Shown one piece after another: positions 16,394-26,473 of a stretch of DNA of 64,000 bases. Every line of letters starts with the position of its first letter. Position 1 is the first letter of the stretch. Source of the DNA: an uncultured bacterium (GTDB lineage Bacteria > Fidelibacterota > Marinisomatia > Marinisomatales > UBA1611); the NCBI GenBank assembly GCA_964561495.1, contig CAZLPW010000005.1, positions 434-64,433 on the forward strand. The letters run 5' to 3'. The position numbers and the translations under genes were made by a program. The notes below the pieces were generated by a model. The model made no database searches, was not told the DNA's origin, and saw only the letters and a list, made by a program, of their open reading frames with translations.

Positions 16394-16711
16394 CTATGAT
16401 GTAGGAAAATTTCTTATGTTTAATCTTCTAACCTTAACATCTCTTTCTAAATTTGCGAGATTAGCTGAGTTCAATCTTTTGGACTCTTGTAGCTTTAAAT
16501 AATCAGAAATATAAGAATCAATCTCTTTTGACTGAACAATGAGCTTGCTCAAATTATGTCTAGGCCTTATCCTGGAATAAGTCTTACTAGATTGATCGAT
16601 TGATAATCTCCTAAAAATATATTCCCCTAAAGATTTTGCATCAGTTGTCCATTTAGTTTCAATCCATTTTTGTGTTTTATATCTATTTTTTCTCAGTGCA
16701 GGTTTTTTCAT
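16394..16711 (-). CDS. hypothetical basic protein (105 aa)
   Basis: An intact ORF in the same orientation as its neighbours. I recognised no family. Confidence 0.45.
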   Translation of the reverse strand: MKKPALRKNRYKTQKWIETKWTTDAKSLGEYIFRRLSIDQSSKTYSRIRPRHNLSKLIVQSKEIDSYISDYLKLQESKRLNSANLANLERDVKVRRLNIRNFPTS

Positions 16712-16732
16712 TTTTTACTCCTTTTAAAATTT

Positions 16733-17050
16733 TTATTTTAAAGCTGATGCCCTATCAATTTTTTCAATTACATTCCCGCTGGGATCATTTTCATATTTAA
16801 AAAATATACCGTCCCTGTGTCTCTTTGCTCTTTTATCTTTTTTTATTGTAGGATCAATAATAGCAAAATGATTTGGGTGCTCTCCTTTCGTAACCAGAGC
16901 TAGGCATATATTATCAAAATCTAAAAGCCCCCATGTTTCATCTTGATAAATTAGACTACAACTAAATTTTTTGGTGTACCACTCTAAATCACGAACCAAG
17001 TTCTTTGTTATAACTGCTGTATGATCTAATCTCACCTTATTAAACCTCAC
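16733..17050 (-). CDS. small VOC/glyoxalase-like protein
   Basis: VRLDHTAVITKNL ... HPNHFAI follows the pattern of a single VOC module. Confidence 0.5.
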   Translation of the reverse strand: MRFNKVRLDHTAVITKNLVRDLEWYTKKFSCSLIYQDETWGLLDFDNICLALVTKGEHPNHFAIIDPTIKKDKRAKRHRDGIFFKYENDPSGNVIEKIDRASALK

Positions 17051-17322
17051 CCAACTACTTCAGAATTCCTGTAATATTTATTCTTCATTCTAATTTTACA
17101 ACGCGGACAAACCTTTTTTATTTTCCCATATCTTGGTACGCTATCATAATATTTAAATTCAATAGTATCATTAAACTCACGAACCTGCCACACCATTTTA
17201 CAGCTAGGGCATGCCTTTAAATCATTGTCAGCTTTTTTAGCATCAAAATTATAACTAGTAGATTTATCATCACTAATTTGGACCTTATCAGATCCTTGGG
17301 CGATAGATTCTAAAATATTCAT
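17047..17322 (-). CDS. zinc-ribbon protein (two CxxC pairs)
   Basis: CPSCKMVW ... CPRCK. I prefer the ATG at 17322 (MNILESIAQG) because GAGGA lies 6 nt upstream. The track's 29-aa N-terminal extension looks spurious. Confidence 0.5.
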   Translation of the reverse strand: MNILESIAQGSDKVQISDDKSTSYNFDAKKADNDLKACPSCKMVWQVREFNDTIEFKYYDSVPRYGKIKKVCPRCKIRMKNKYYRNSEVVG

Positions 17323-17592
17323 ATTTATCCTCTTAATTTGACTTATTTTATATATAACACAATATAAAAGGCAAGTTTTTTTTGAACGTTTTGAGCGATT
17401 CTTCAACATATTACTGTTTTATATTCATTTTATTTTAATTACTAGCTAGGATATATGAATTAAATAAATATTATGAAAAAGTTGAAAATTTTTATGATAT
17501 TTGTTATAATGAATCGAAACGTGTTTGTAAATTGTTGATGTAGAATTAACAATTATAGGTTCATAAACTCTAAATTAATTTGGCTTGTAAAA

Positions 17593-18189
17593 ATGCATAC
17601 TAATCATAAACAACTTATCCAATCAATGGTACTCACATTCTTGGTTATTATATTAGCATTCTCCAGGATAATTCCTCATATGCCAAATTTTTCTCCACTA
17701 GGGGCGGTATGTTTATTTGGAGCTACCCATTTCTATCGAAAGTGGCAGGCTTTCCTTGTTCCAATATTTGCCACATGGCTAAGCGATTTATACTTAAACA
17801 ATTATATATATAATTCAAGGCAAGAAGATTTCATATGGTTTTACCAAGGATTTCATTGGCAATATATAAGCTATTTTTTTATTGCCTCTTTAGGACTGAT
17901 CTTATTTAAAAAGAAAATTAATCCAGTGCGATTATTTAGCGGAGCTATTGGAGCCAGCATAATATTTTTTCTTATTTCTAATCTAGGAGTTTGGGTGTCT
18001 GGCGGTTTGTATTCTAAAAATATTTATGGGCTTATAAATTGCTATACTGCTGGAATACCATTTATAAAGGGTACTATTATTGGCAATTTATTTTACGCGC
18101 CAATAATTTTTTATAGCTATTATTTTCTTCAAATTAAATTTTCTGTACTCCATATTAAATCTAAACAATATTCCTTGGGGTTAAATTAA
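17593..18189 (+). CDS. polytopic membrane protein, DUF6580-like putative transporter component
   Basis: SRIIPHMPNFSPLGAVCLFGATHF resembles the conserved N-terminal helix-loop of that family. This assignment is from memory. Confidence 0.45.
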   Translation: MHTNHKQLIQSMVLTFLVIILAFSRIIPHMPNFSPLGAVCLFGATHFYRKWQAFLVPIFATWLSDLYLNNYIYNSRQEDFIWFYQGFHWQYISYFFIASLGLILFKKKINPVRLFSGAIGASIIFFLISNLGVWVSGGLYSKNIYGLINCYTAGIPFIKGTIIGNLFYAPIIFYSYYFLQIKFSVLHIKSKQYSLGLN

Positions 18190-18288
18190 AAACTGAGAAA
18201 ATTTTCAATAGTAAAATAAATTAATTCAATTCCTTTTTTTTATTACATTACGGGGTTTAATTTCAAACGATATATATAATTTTATCAG

Positions 18289-18570
18289 ATGCTAAAAACA
18301 ATTATAACTATATTATTTTTGACTGGTTTTGCTTTTGCACAAAATCCGAACCCTTGCGAGGATCCTATTTTTGACAAAATAGAAATGTCGGATATTCACG
18401 ATCTTACTGAGCGTGAATTCGAATATTGGAAAATTATGTCAAAAGAATGTGAACGATACAGTGATGAAAAGAGGGAAGAATATATTCAGGCAAAAAGACA
18501 AAAAAACATCGGAAAGAGCCTTGATGCCTGTTATTACATTTTTTTACTAGCTCTCTGGTTCGCTGCTTAA
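18289..18570 (+). CDS. hypothetical small secreted/anchored protein
   Basis: Signal peptide LFLTGFAFAQ and a C-terminal hydrophobic tail. Confidence 0.5.
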   Translation: MLKTIITILFLTGFAFAQNPNPCEDPIFDKIEMSDIHDLTEREFEYWKIMSKECERYSDEKREEYIQAKRQKNIGKSLDACYYIFLLALWFAA

Positions 18571-18572
18571 AT

Positions 18573-19481
18573 CTAATTAGCGCCAGCCTGTTTAATCAAA
18601 GATCTCGTTAGTTCAGGTTCATCTGTAATTATACCGTATGGACTTTCATTTATGCTTTCAATGATTTCTTTTTTATTATTGGGGGGCCATAGAAAAACAG
18701 GGTAGCCTTTTTTTATTAAGTTTCTAACGGTTCCCTTATCAACAGTAATTTCAGCACTAAGTAGATCGGGTTTAATAACTCTGCGCATTAAATTTCTGCA
18801 AAATTCGCTCCGTAAAACCCATGGGATACCTTTAGAATCAGTAGGATGTATTTCCTTCAATATTTCTGGATCCACATCTATATCTTTAAAAATAAACATT
18901 GTCTTTATTTTAGGATCTATTTTTTTTAATCTCCAAAGAACTACTGGATTAAAAGAACTTAGATATGCCCAGTCGTAGGCATTATATTTTTTAATTAGGC
19001 TTGCGGCAAGCTCTTCACTACCGTCACTCTCAACCGTGCTCACCTTTAGCTCAACAAAAACAATCAATCTGCCATCAACAAGTTGGAGCATCTCTTCGTA
19101 AGTAGAAATTTTTTCACCAGTATATTTTTCATCAAATTTATATCCCATATCAAGCTGCCTAAGCTCAGCCAGTGTTTTGTCTTTAAGGGGACCAATTCCA
19201 TCAGTCAAACGATCTAGTTTAGGATCATGAAATATAACTAACTCTCCATCAGATGTCATTTGCCCATCTAGATCAACACCATCCATACCAGAATCAATAG
19301 CTATCTTTACAGCAGATATACCATTATCAGGAGCATTGTTACCAAACCCTCTATGAGCAACAACAAGTATTTCGGAAGCAGGTATGTTATTTACGTTTTT
19401 ATAATTTGGTCGATAAATCACTACCGAAGCAATTATAAAGAATGTAAAAAAAGATATTAGAAAAAATTTTTGTGTATTCAT
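18573..19481 (-). CDS. membrane-anchored glycerophosphodiester phosphodiesterase
   Basis: VVAHRGFGNNAPDNGISAV...GVDLDGQMTSDGELVIFHDPKLDRLTDG. Confidence 0.88.
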   Translation of the reverse strand: MNTQKFFLISFFTFFIIASVVIYRPNYKNVNNIPASEILVVAHRGFGNNAPDNGISAVKIAIDSGMDGVDLDGQMTSDGELVIFHDPKLDRLTDGIGPLKDKTLAELRQLDMGYKFDEKYTGEKISTYEEMLQLVDGRLIVFVELKVSTVESDGSEELAASLIKKYNAYDWAYLSSFNPVVLWRLKKIDPKIKTMFIFKDIDVDPEILKEIHPTDSKGIPWVLRSEFCRNLMRRVIKPDLLSAEITVDKGTVRNLIKKGYPVFLWPPNNKKEIIESINESPYGIITDEPELTRSLIKQAGAN

Positions 19482-20950
19482 GGACTTCTCCTATTTGAGT
19501 AATAATCATAGAATTTATTTATAAAGAGCTCTTTAGGATCATATTCAAGCTTTTTTGCAAAAAATTGGTCAATCTCAGGGTAGGCAGATTTCATTTGGTT
19601 TTTAGTATAAAATTTTTGATAGGTCAGATAATAAATACCATCATTTTTTAGCGCTAGATCAACCAACGATCTTGTCATTTTTTCAGCATTATGCAGCCCA
19701 GGAGAAGACAATTTTTGGTTTGAGTAAACAACAATAGAAAAAGCTTCTTTTTTTCCATAGGTTAAAAAAGTTTCATTATTCTTTGGTACATAACGAATTG
19801 TAACACCCAATAAATTTACTTTTTGTTCATTTAAAATCACACGCAAACCATCAATAAAAGAAACAAAATTATCAATCGGGATAAAATATTCTTGTATTAT
19901 ATCACTATTGTAGGGAGAGATATGATCTAAGAATTTTAAAGGAGCTGTAGGCGGCCTCATGGAATTATTTCTTGTTATAAAATATTTTTTATCAACCTCA
20001 GCAACTAATTTTTTTTGTAAATACCACCTAAGATCTTTGCCTAAATCATATTCTCTAGATAATGAAAAGAAAAATTTATCTCGAATAACATTTTTCTCCC
20101 CTAATAAATGATATATTCCGTCATCAGATTTTTTTTGAATATCTGTTGTCTTCCATAAATTAACAATAGTCTCGCGAAGAAAGGAGCCTGATGAAATAGA
20201 TGGCCGAGCTATAAATAGCTCAACTTTAGGATCTCCAATAATATTTTCCCTAAAAAATTTTGGGAAATCTTTATAATCTAGTAATAGTGCCTCTTTCTCA
20301 AGAATATTATTTTTCTTTAGTCTGATTCTAACATCTGTAATGATACCAAATAATCCGTACCCTCCTATTACTAAACTAAACAACTCTTGATTTTCATCTC
20401 GACTTACACTAACAATTTCTCCTGTCGAAAGAAGTAACCGAAAATCTTCGATCGTTTCTACAATCAAACTATTTCTGGGATCTCTGCCATGCACATTAGA
20501 ACTCATTGATCCGCCAACAGTAAAAATATTAGAGGACTGCATAGCGCGTATGGCTAGATTATGTGGATTGATAAATTCTTGAATTTGCGCCCAGGTGACT
20601 CCGCTCTGAACATGTATAATTTTATTAGCTGTGTCTAATGATAATATTTTATTGAGGCCAGTCATATCCAATAAGAGCGCCCCATCAAAAAATGCATGAC
20701 CACCCTGGCTGTGCTTAGTCCCAGCCATTGATACCTTCAAATTTTCTTTATTAGCACGTTTTATTACATTTCGAATTTTTTCTATGGAGTCCGCTAAAAT
20801 AATTTCTTTAACATAAGTAGGGTTCATTCGACTAATATCATTGACTAAAACACCCTGGCTAGTATTTTCTTGAGGCAAAAAAAATGAAACAATTCCGAGT
20901 ATTAGAAAAACAATAAAAAATGGAACATATCTTGTTAGTTTTTTATTCAT
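19478..20950 (-). CDS. membrane-anchored FAD-linked oxidase (PCMH / FAD_binding_4 type)
   Basis: An N-terminal TM helix, then VSMAGTKHSQGGHAF and GVTWAQIQEF. Its stop overlaps the GDPD start in an ATGA. Confidence 0.75.
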   Translation of the reverse strand: MNKKLTRYVPFFIVFLILGIVSFFLPQENTSQGVLVNDISRMNPTYVKEIILADSIEKIRNVIKRANKENLKVSMAGTKHSQGGHAFFDGALLLDMTGLNKILSLDTANKIIHVQSGVTWAQIQEFINPHNLAIRAMQSSNIFTVGGSMSSNVHGRDPRNSLIVETIEDFRLLLSTGEIVSVSRDENQELFSLVIGGYGLFGIITDVRIRLKKNNILEKEALLLDYKDFPKFFRENIIGDPKVELFIARPSISSGSFLRETIVNLWKTTDIQKKSDDGIYHLLGEKNVIRDKFFFSLSREYDLGKDLRWYLQKKLVAEVDKKYFITRNNSMRPPTAPLKFLDHISPYNSDIIQEYFIPIDNFVSFIDGLRVILNEQKVNLLGVTIRYVPKNNETFLTYGKKEAFSIVVYSNQKLSSPGLHNAEKMTRSLVDLALKNDGIYYLTYQKFYTKNQMKSAYPEIDQFFAKKLEYDPKELFINKFYDYYSNRRSP

Positions 20951-21022
20951 ATATTTTTCGTATTCTTAAGGCAAAAGTTAGAAACCAAAGACAGTTAGCA
21001 AATTAAAATTTTTTCCTAAAAA

Positions 21023-22333
21023 ATGATAAAAGAAATTTTAAAGAATTATTTGCAATTACCTAGACCGATCCATTATCTAATTATGGTGCAATTTTTCTTG
21101 AATATTATACATGTAGCATTTGTATTAATATTAAATATTTACCTACGAAAAAAAGGCTTTAGTGATCCCCAAATTGCAAATTATAATTCTTTACGGTTTT
21201 TGGGCGTTCTTATGTTCGCTCTTCCATTTGGAATTTTTATTAAGTCCAGAAACCTTAAACCTTTTTTCATATTATCTTCATTTATGGTTCCATTTTTTAG
21301 TTTACTATTAATTAATTCAATTGATAGAGATTTAAACCAACTTATTCCATTTGGTTTTTTTGGGTGGGGTCTTTCAATGATGCTAGTAAATGTATGCTCA
21401 TTACCTTTTATCTTGAGGAACACTAGCGAAAAGAACAGCATTGAGTCACTATCATTAAGCTTTTCAACATGGTCATTGGCTATGATGTTTAGTGGAATTG
21501 TAATAAGTGGCTTAAAATCAATTGAGTCAATTAACATATTGAATTATTACATATACTTCAATGAATATACATTGCTCCTTTTAATCTCATTCTTAAGTTT
21601 TTTATCTGTACCTTTTTCTATTTCAATTACTGAAAAGAAACAACCAAAAAATAATAAAACTAACAATCAGTCATTTACTTTAATTCTAAAATCATATGAC
21701 TGGGATTTAATAATCAAAGCAATTACTCCTCATATAGCAATTTCAATAGGCGCTGGTCTAACCATCCCTTTTATTAACCTTTTTTTTAATTCTATTTTTA
21801 ATCTTGACAGTGACAGCTTTAGTCTTCTTGGAAGTATAACATCATTAATTGTTTTTATATCAGCCTTATTCGTACCAACAATCAAAAATAAATTTGGTTA
21901 TTGGGTTTCCATTGTATTAGTCCAATCTTGTTCAATAATCTGCCTACTAACTTTGGCTTTTACTGAAATATTTTCGTCTTACAACATCAGTACGTCTATA
22001 GCTATTTTGGCATTCATTTTTCGCCAACCACTTATGCATATGGCTCACCCTTCAACTAATGAATTAACAATGAATTACGTTGGAAAAAACAATCAGGAAC
22101 TGATAAGTGCGCTAACTTCCAGTTTGTGGAGTGCCTCTTGGTATATAAGTGCGAAACTATTTCAATTGCTCCGTGAAAAAGGTTATGAATACTATAAAAT
22201 ATTTTTTATCACAGCTTTTCTTTATGTTATTGGAACAATCCTCTATTCAATTATAATATTGTCCTATAATAAAAAAAAGGCAGATAGAATATCTGAAAAA
22301 AAACGAATTTTAACTTTGGACAGTTTAGAATAA
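21023..22333 (+). CDS. MFS transporter
   Basis: About 12 TM segments, with a basic loop after TM2 (YLRKKGFSD). Confidence 0.65.
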   Translation: MIKEILKNYLQLPRPIHYLIMVQFFLNIIHVAFVLILNIYLRKKGFSDPQIANYNSLRFLGVLMFALPFGIFIKSRNLKPFFILSSFMVPFFSLLLINSIDRDLNQLIPFGFFGWGLSMMLVNVCSLPFILRNTSEKNSIESLSLSFSTWSLAMMFSGIVISGLKSIESINILNYYIYFNEYTLLLLISFLSFLSVPFSISITEKKQPKNNKTNNQSFTLILKSYDWDLIIKAITPHIAISIGAGLTIPFINLFFNSIFNLDSDSFSLLGSITSLIVFISALFVPTIKNKFGYWVSIVLVQSCSIICLLTLAFTEIFSSYNISTSIAILAFIFRQPLMHMAHPSTNELTMNYVGKNNQELISALTSSLWSASWYISAKLFQLLREKGYEYYKIFFITAFLYVIGTILYSIIILSYNKKKADRISEKKRILTLDSLE

Positions 22334-22401
22334 ATCCGCAAACTATTACCATTAAGCATCTATTTAATTTGGTATTATGTTTTTATACCAGAGAATTTTA
22401 A

Positions 22402-23202
22402 ATGATCGGAAATACAATGAAAAATAAAAAAGAGTTCAATAAGATATATGAAAACAGCTTGGAAAAACTTCAAATAGAATTGGTTAAACTTCAAGATTGG
22501 GTAATAAATCATAATAAAAAAATTGCTGTTATCTTTGAAGGCAGAGATGCAGCTGGAAAAGGGGGAACTATTAAACGCTTAATCGAGAATCTAAACCCTC
22601 GATATTGTAAAGTTATCGCACTAGCAGCACCTACAGAAAAAGAAAAATCTCAGTGGTATTTTCAGCGTTATGTTCCACACCTACCCGCAGGGGGGGAAAT
22701 AATTATTTTTGACCGTAGCTGGTATAATAGATCAGGAGTTGAAAAGGTAATGGGCTTTTGTACAGAAAGAGAGTATATTAATTTTTTACAAACTTGCCCA
22801 GAATTTGAAAGAATGATAATTAGCTCTGGCATTAAACTTATAAAATATTGGTTCTCAGTTAGTGCTGAAGAACAAATGAAACGATTTAAAAGCCGAGCTG
22901 ATGATCCTACTAAAGGCTGGAAACTAAGCCCGATGGATTTGGAATCAGTTAACAGATGGGATGAATATTCAAAAGCTAAGGATAATATGTTCGAACACAC
23001 TGACACCCAGTTTGCACCTTGGCATGTGGTAGAGTCTGACAACAAGAAAAAAGCGCGAATAAACTGCATTACACACTTTTTGAGCCAAATCCACTACGAA
23101 GAGATTGATCATGAAGAGGTAATCCTACCAAAAAGAACTCAACAAAAAAACTACGACAGACCACCAAGATCTAATTACAACTATGTCCCTGAGGTGCTCT
23201 GA
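22402..23202 (+). CDS. ppk2: polyphosphate kinase 2
   Basis: VIFEGRDAAGKGGTIKRL ... YFQRYVPHLPAGGEIIIFDRSWYNR. Confidence 0.93.
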   Translation: MIGNTMKNKKEFNKIYENSLEKLQIELVKLQDWVINHNKKIAVIFEGRDAAGKGGTIKRLIENLNPRYCKVIALAAPTEKEKSQWYFQRYVPHLPAGGEIIIFDRSWYNRSGVEKVMGFCTEREYINFLQTCPEFERMIISSGIKLIKYWFSVSAEEQMKRFKSRADDPTKGWKLSPMDLESVNRWDEYSKAKDNMFEHTDTQFAPWHVVESDNKKKARINCITHFLSQIHYEEIDHEEVILPKRTQQKNYDRPPRSNYNYVPEVL

Positions 23203-23260
23203 TATAACAAAATAATTACGAAATTATTTAGATTTAAAAAGCTTTATAGTAATTATTAAA

Positions 23261-24427
23261 TCAATCTACTATTATTTTTAACTGTCTAGAAACCATATCA
23301 ACAGTCACTGAATTATCTTCTTTTAGATTTGAGTTGAAATAAACTAAGAGCATCCTATTTAGTACATTTTTTATTTTGTCTTTATTATATGTACTCATAT
23401 GAGGAAGAACTAATTTGATTGCTAAAGATGCAGATTGAGATCCATCCATAAAATCAAAATGCTGCATACGCTTAACAGCGTAGTGAGCATGAATTCCCTC
23501 TGAATTATTCATTAGTTTTTCCATTTTTTTATAGTTATCAGAAAATAAGCCCCAACTTTTTCTTCCAATATGTAAAAATGGTATTTTTAAACCATTATTT
23601 AATTGGTTATCAGATAGAGGAATAAACCACCCATCAAGACCGGCTGAAACATTAATTCTAGTATCCAATTGAACAGATAAAACAGTTGTCGCAACTCCAA
23701 AAGAATGCCCAAACATTCCTACTCTAGAAGTATCTATAATACTGAATAGAGGTATCGAACTGTATTCGTCCCAAATTTTATCTAAAACAAATTTCACATC
23801 AGATACTCTGGCAGATAATTTTTTTTGAGTAATCTTATCTGCTAATATTGGGTCTCCTACTTTTTTAGCATCATCAGAAACATATGAGGCTATCGTACCA
23901 TCACTAAAAACAGTTATAACAGCATCGTAGGAATGATCAACAGAAACTACAACATAGCCATGGCTTGCTAGTTCCTCAAATTGAACGGTGTTCTGGCTTT
24001 TATAACCACCTTTGCCATGTGAAAAAATAATTAAGGGATATTTAGCTTTATCTAATAGAGGTTGGAGATTACTATAGGAATTAGTTTTAACATTTAGAGC
24101 CTCATTCAAAAATTTAGCTGGTATCTTGTATTCCTTACTTAATTCATCGATAATAGTTTGGTTATCACAATATAGAAATCGTTCATTTGATTTATCTAAC
24201 ATTCCAGGATACCAAAACTGTACCATTATCCGTCGATTTTTGGTTGAATCTAGAGAAAATTCATCTTTGTGATCCACATTAACCCAATCAAACTGTCTAG
24301 TGCCAACAGTATATAATCCATTTGGTTTGGGTATATCATGAAGTCTGAATAGCCCAGTAGAAGAACATCCATTTAGTGTTAAACAAAAATAAAATAAAAA
24401 GAAACTGTGAAAAAACGATTTGTTCAT
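23261..24427 (-). CDS. lipoprotein alpha/beta hydrolase, PAF-acetylhydrolase-like lipase
   Basis: Lipobox LNGC. YPLIIFSHGKGG and the nucleophile elbow GHSFG. Confidence 0.65.
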   Translation of the reverse strand: MNKSFFHSFFLFYFCLTLNGCSSTGLFRLHDIPKPNGLYTVGTRQFDWVNVDHKDEFSLDSTKNRRIMVQFWYPGMLDKSNERFLYCDNQTIIDELSKEYKIPAKFLNEALNVKTNSYSNLQPLLDKAKYPLIIFSHGKGGYKSQNTVQFEELASHGYVVVSVDHSYDAVITVFSDGTIASYVSDDAKKVGDPILADKITQKKLSARVSDVKFVLDKIWDEYSSIPLFSIIDTSRVGMFGHSFGVATTVLSVQLDTRINVSAGLDGWFIPLSDNQLNNGLKIPFLHIGRKSWGLFSDNYKKMEKLMNNSEGIHAHYAVKRMQHFDFMDGSQSASLAIKLVLPHMSTYNKDKIKNVLNRMLLVYFNSNLKEDNSVTVDMVSRQLKIIVD

Positions 24428-24490
24428 ATATAATTTTATATTGATTATTTATCCATTTCAATCAAAAGGAATAGTACTATAATTTTACAT

Positions 24491-25075
24491 ATGAATGATA
24501 AAATAAAATTGACCCTATTGTTTTCCTTGTTTTTCAATATATGTTTCTCATCTGAACTATCATACCCTCTTCCAAAAAATATGCCTATCCACACAAAAAT
24601 TTTATGGGGTGAAAAAGGTTTTTTCAGGGTTACTGGAATTGCTCCAGAAAATCGTATAGATGAATTAAAACTGAGGACATCTATGCTTCAGTTACATCAA
24701 AAATTAGCTCTTATCTCTTGGGCATCATTTGCATACCAAAGTTTTATAGGTAACCAAATGGTAAATGGAAACTATGAAAATATTGATCTTCATAAAAAAT
24801 TAAGTATCCCTGTATGGTCTATGTATATGGCATCAGCATCATTAAGCTATTTTTCTCCACCAGGGCTAAAATATTCTAAAAAATTAGATTCAATGAAATT
24901 ACATCGCTGGCTAAGCTATTTGCATTTTTCAGGAATGGCACTAATACCAGTCCTAGGCTATAATATTGCTCAATCAACTAATTATCAGCAGGCCGTTGAA
25001 TTGCACCAACGCGTTGCAATGGCGACTCTTTTTTCAATGTCTTTATCAGCTATATTAACTTTTTTACCTTATTAA
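24491..25075 (+). CDS. His-rich membrane protein, possibly haem-binding
   Basis: It has a signal or TM segment and hydrophobic segments carrying LHQKL, LHRWLSYLHFSG and LHQRVA. I recognised no family. Confidence 0.5.
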   Translation: MNDKIKLTLLFSLFFNICFSSELSYPLPKNMPIHTKILWGEKGFFRVTGIAPENRIDELKLRTSMLQLHQKLALISWASFAYQSFIGNQMVNGNYENIDLHKKLSIPVWSMYMASASLSYFSPPGLKYSKKLDSMKLHRWLSYLHFSGMALIPVLGYNIAQSTNYQQAVELHQRVAMATLFSMSLSAILTFLPY

Positions 25076-25076
25076 A

Positions 25077-25598
25077 ATGAAAAAATTTATCAGCATATTA
25101 TTTTTATTTTGTATATCATATTCGCAAAAATATAATCATTTTGAAGGAACTGTAACTTACTACGGAAGTCACCCACTTCATGATTGGAAAGGAATAAGCT
25201 CATCAATAAATGGGGAGATTTTATTTGAGCCCGATAAAGATAATTATAGTTGCATGATTGAGATACCTGTTGAATCATTTAAAAGTAAAAATGGGAACAG
25301 AGATTCTAATATGTTGATCTATGCCAACGCATTAGAATTCCCAAAAATTCTTTTTAAATCATCAAGCATTAATATAGAATCAGATTCAGCTAGAATTACG
25401 GGTATCATCAAATTTTCAGGAAAAGAAAAAAAAATTATTACAAATGCAGCAATAAAAACTAATGATGAATTTCATGTATACGGCGATTTTTCAATTAACC
25501 TATCAGACTTTGATATTAAGAGGCCCTCCCTTATGTTCCTTAAAATAAATGATTCAATAAAGATAGAATACAACATGAAGGCAAAAAATGAAAAATAA
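25077..25598 (+). CDS. YceI-like periplasmic protein
   Basis: Signal peptide. HPLHDWKG ... SFKSKNGNRDSNM matches the YceI pattern. Confidence 0.75.
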   Translation: MKKFISILFLFCISYSQKYNHFEGTVTYYGSHPLHDWKGISSSINGEILFEPDKDNYSCMIEIPVESFKSKNGNRDSNMLIYANALEFPKILFKSSSINIESDSARITGIIKFSGKEKKIITNAAIKTNDEFHVYGDFSINLSDFDIKRPSLMFLKINDSIKIEYNMKAKNEK

Positions 25599-26052
25599 AA
25601 TTAATCGAAGAGAATTTATTAAACTATCTGGAAAGACAGCTTGCGCTTGCTCAATGATAGGAACCTCGGTAATACTAACTAATTGCGGAGAATCAAATCC
25701 CACTTCTCCAATAGATACAACTGGAGAAAGTGAAAATTTCAATCTAAATGAAGACCCTTACACAGTACTAAAGACTGTGGGTGGTTCTGCTGTAACAACT
25801 GGAAATACTATTGATAACAAAGGTTTATTATTATATCGCGAATCTGAATCTAATATAACTGCGTTTACACGAAATTGTACGCACGCGGGTTACGAACTTT
25901 TATCCTTTGAAAATGGTAAATCATATTGCTCATCTGGACACGGTGGTGAGTTCAACCTACAGGGCGAGGCTATAAGCCCCCCTGCAACTGGAAGCCTTAA
26001 AGAATATGAAACAGAGTTAAATGGAACCACTCTAAAAGTATTCGGCGGGTAA
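25588..26052 (+). CDS. Tat-exported Rieske [2Fe-2S] domain lipoprotein
   Basis: Twin-arginine leader NRREFIKLSG and lipobox-like LTNC. The cluster ligands are CTHAGYELLSFENGKSYCSSGHGGEF. Confidence 0.8.
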   Translation: MKNKINRREFIKLSGKTACACSMIGTSVILTNCGESNPTSPIDTTGESENFNLNEDPYTVLKTVGGSAVTTGNTIDNKGLLLYRESESNITAFTRNCTHAGYELLSFENGKSYCSSGHGGEFNLQGEAISPPATGSLKEYETELNGTTLKVFGG

Positions 26053-26071
26053 AATTAATTTTTAGAATTGG

Positions 26072-26467
26072 GTGAAGATATTTTTTCAACAAAAAAAAGT
26101 CGGCAAACGATTATTTATCCTTGTAATACTTATGGGAGCATATGGATTTTTTATGCACCAAAAGGAAGAAGAAAAATATACAGCTGAACCTTTACTAATG
26201 TTATCTTCAAAAGATCTATTCTGGCGATTTGAGGTTGGTGAAGGAAATAGCATTGTTGGTGAAATTGTATCTGTTAGTGGAATGGTAACAGACATATCTG
26301 ACACCTCAATATCGCTAAATAATTCAGTGATATGCTGGATAGAAAAAAAATCCATAAAAAAAACACTAAATAAAAATGATACAATATCATTAAGAGGGCG
26401 CTGTTTAGGTTTTGATAAAGTCCAAAAAAAGGTTCAACTAGATTATATAAAAATTTTGGACAGCTAA
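26072..26467 (+). CDS. hypothetical membrane-anchored protein (GTG start)
   Basis: One N-terminal TM segment. The remainder may be an OB-fold-like beta domain. Confidence 0.45.
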   Translation: MKIFFQQKKVGKRLFILVILMGAYGFFMHQKEEEKYTAEPLLMLSSKDLFWRFEVGEGNSIVGEIVSVSGMVTDISDTSISLNNSVICWIEKKSIKKTLNKNDTISLRGRCLGFDKVQKKVQLDYIKILDS

Positions 26468-26473
26468 AAAACC

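Noticed and set aside
17323-17409. The 29-codon N-terminal extension of the zinc-ribbon ORF (MLKNRSKRSKKTCLLYCVIYKISQIKRIN).
   Set aside because: The internal ATG at 17322 is preceded by GAGGA at the proper distance, and the extension runs through AT-rich promoter-like sequence.
17410-17592. A possible cobalamin or other riboswitch upstream of the DUF6580-like membrane protein gene.
   Set aside because: The 183-bp spacer is almost pure A/T. It has no conserved riboswitch core (no B12-box-like GCCACTG) and no GC-paired helices.
23209-23230. An AT-only hairpin (AAATAATT...AATTATTT) between the convergent ppk2 and lipase genes, considered as a terminator. Similar AT-only palindromes occur at about 33205-33225 and 13351-13370.
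   Set aside because: The stems contain no G-C pairs and would be very weak. Such palindromes are expected by chance in DNA this AT-rich.
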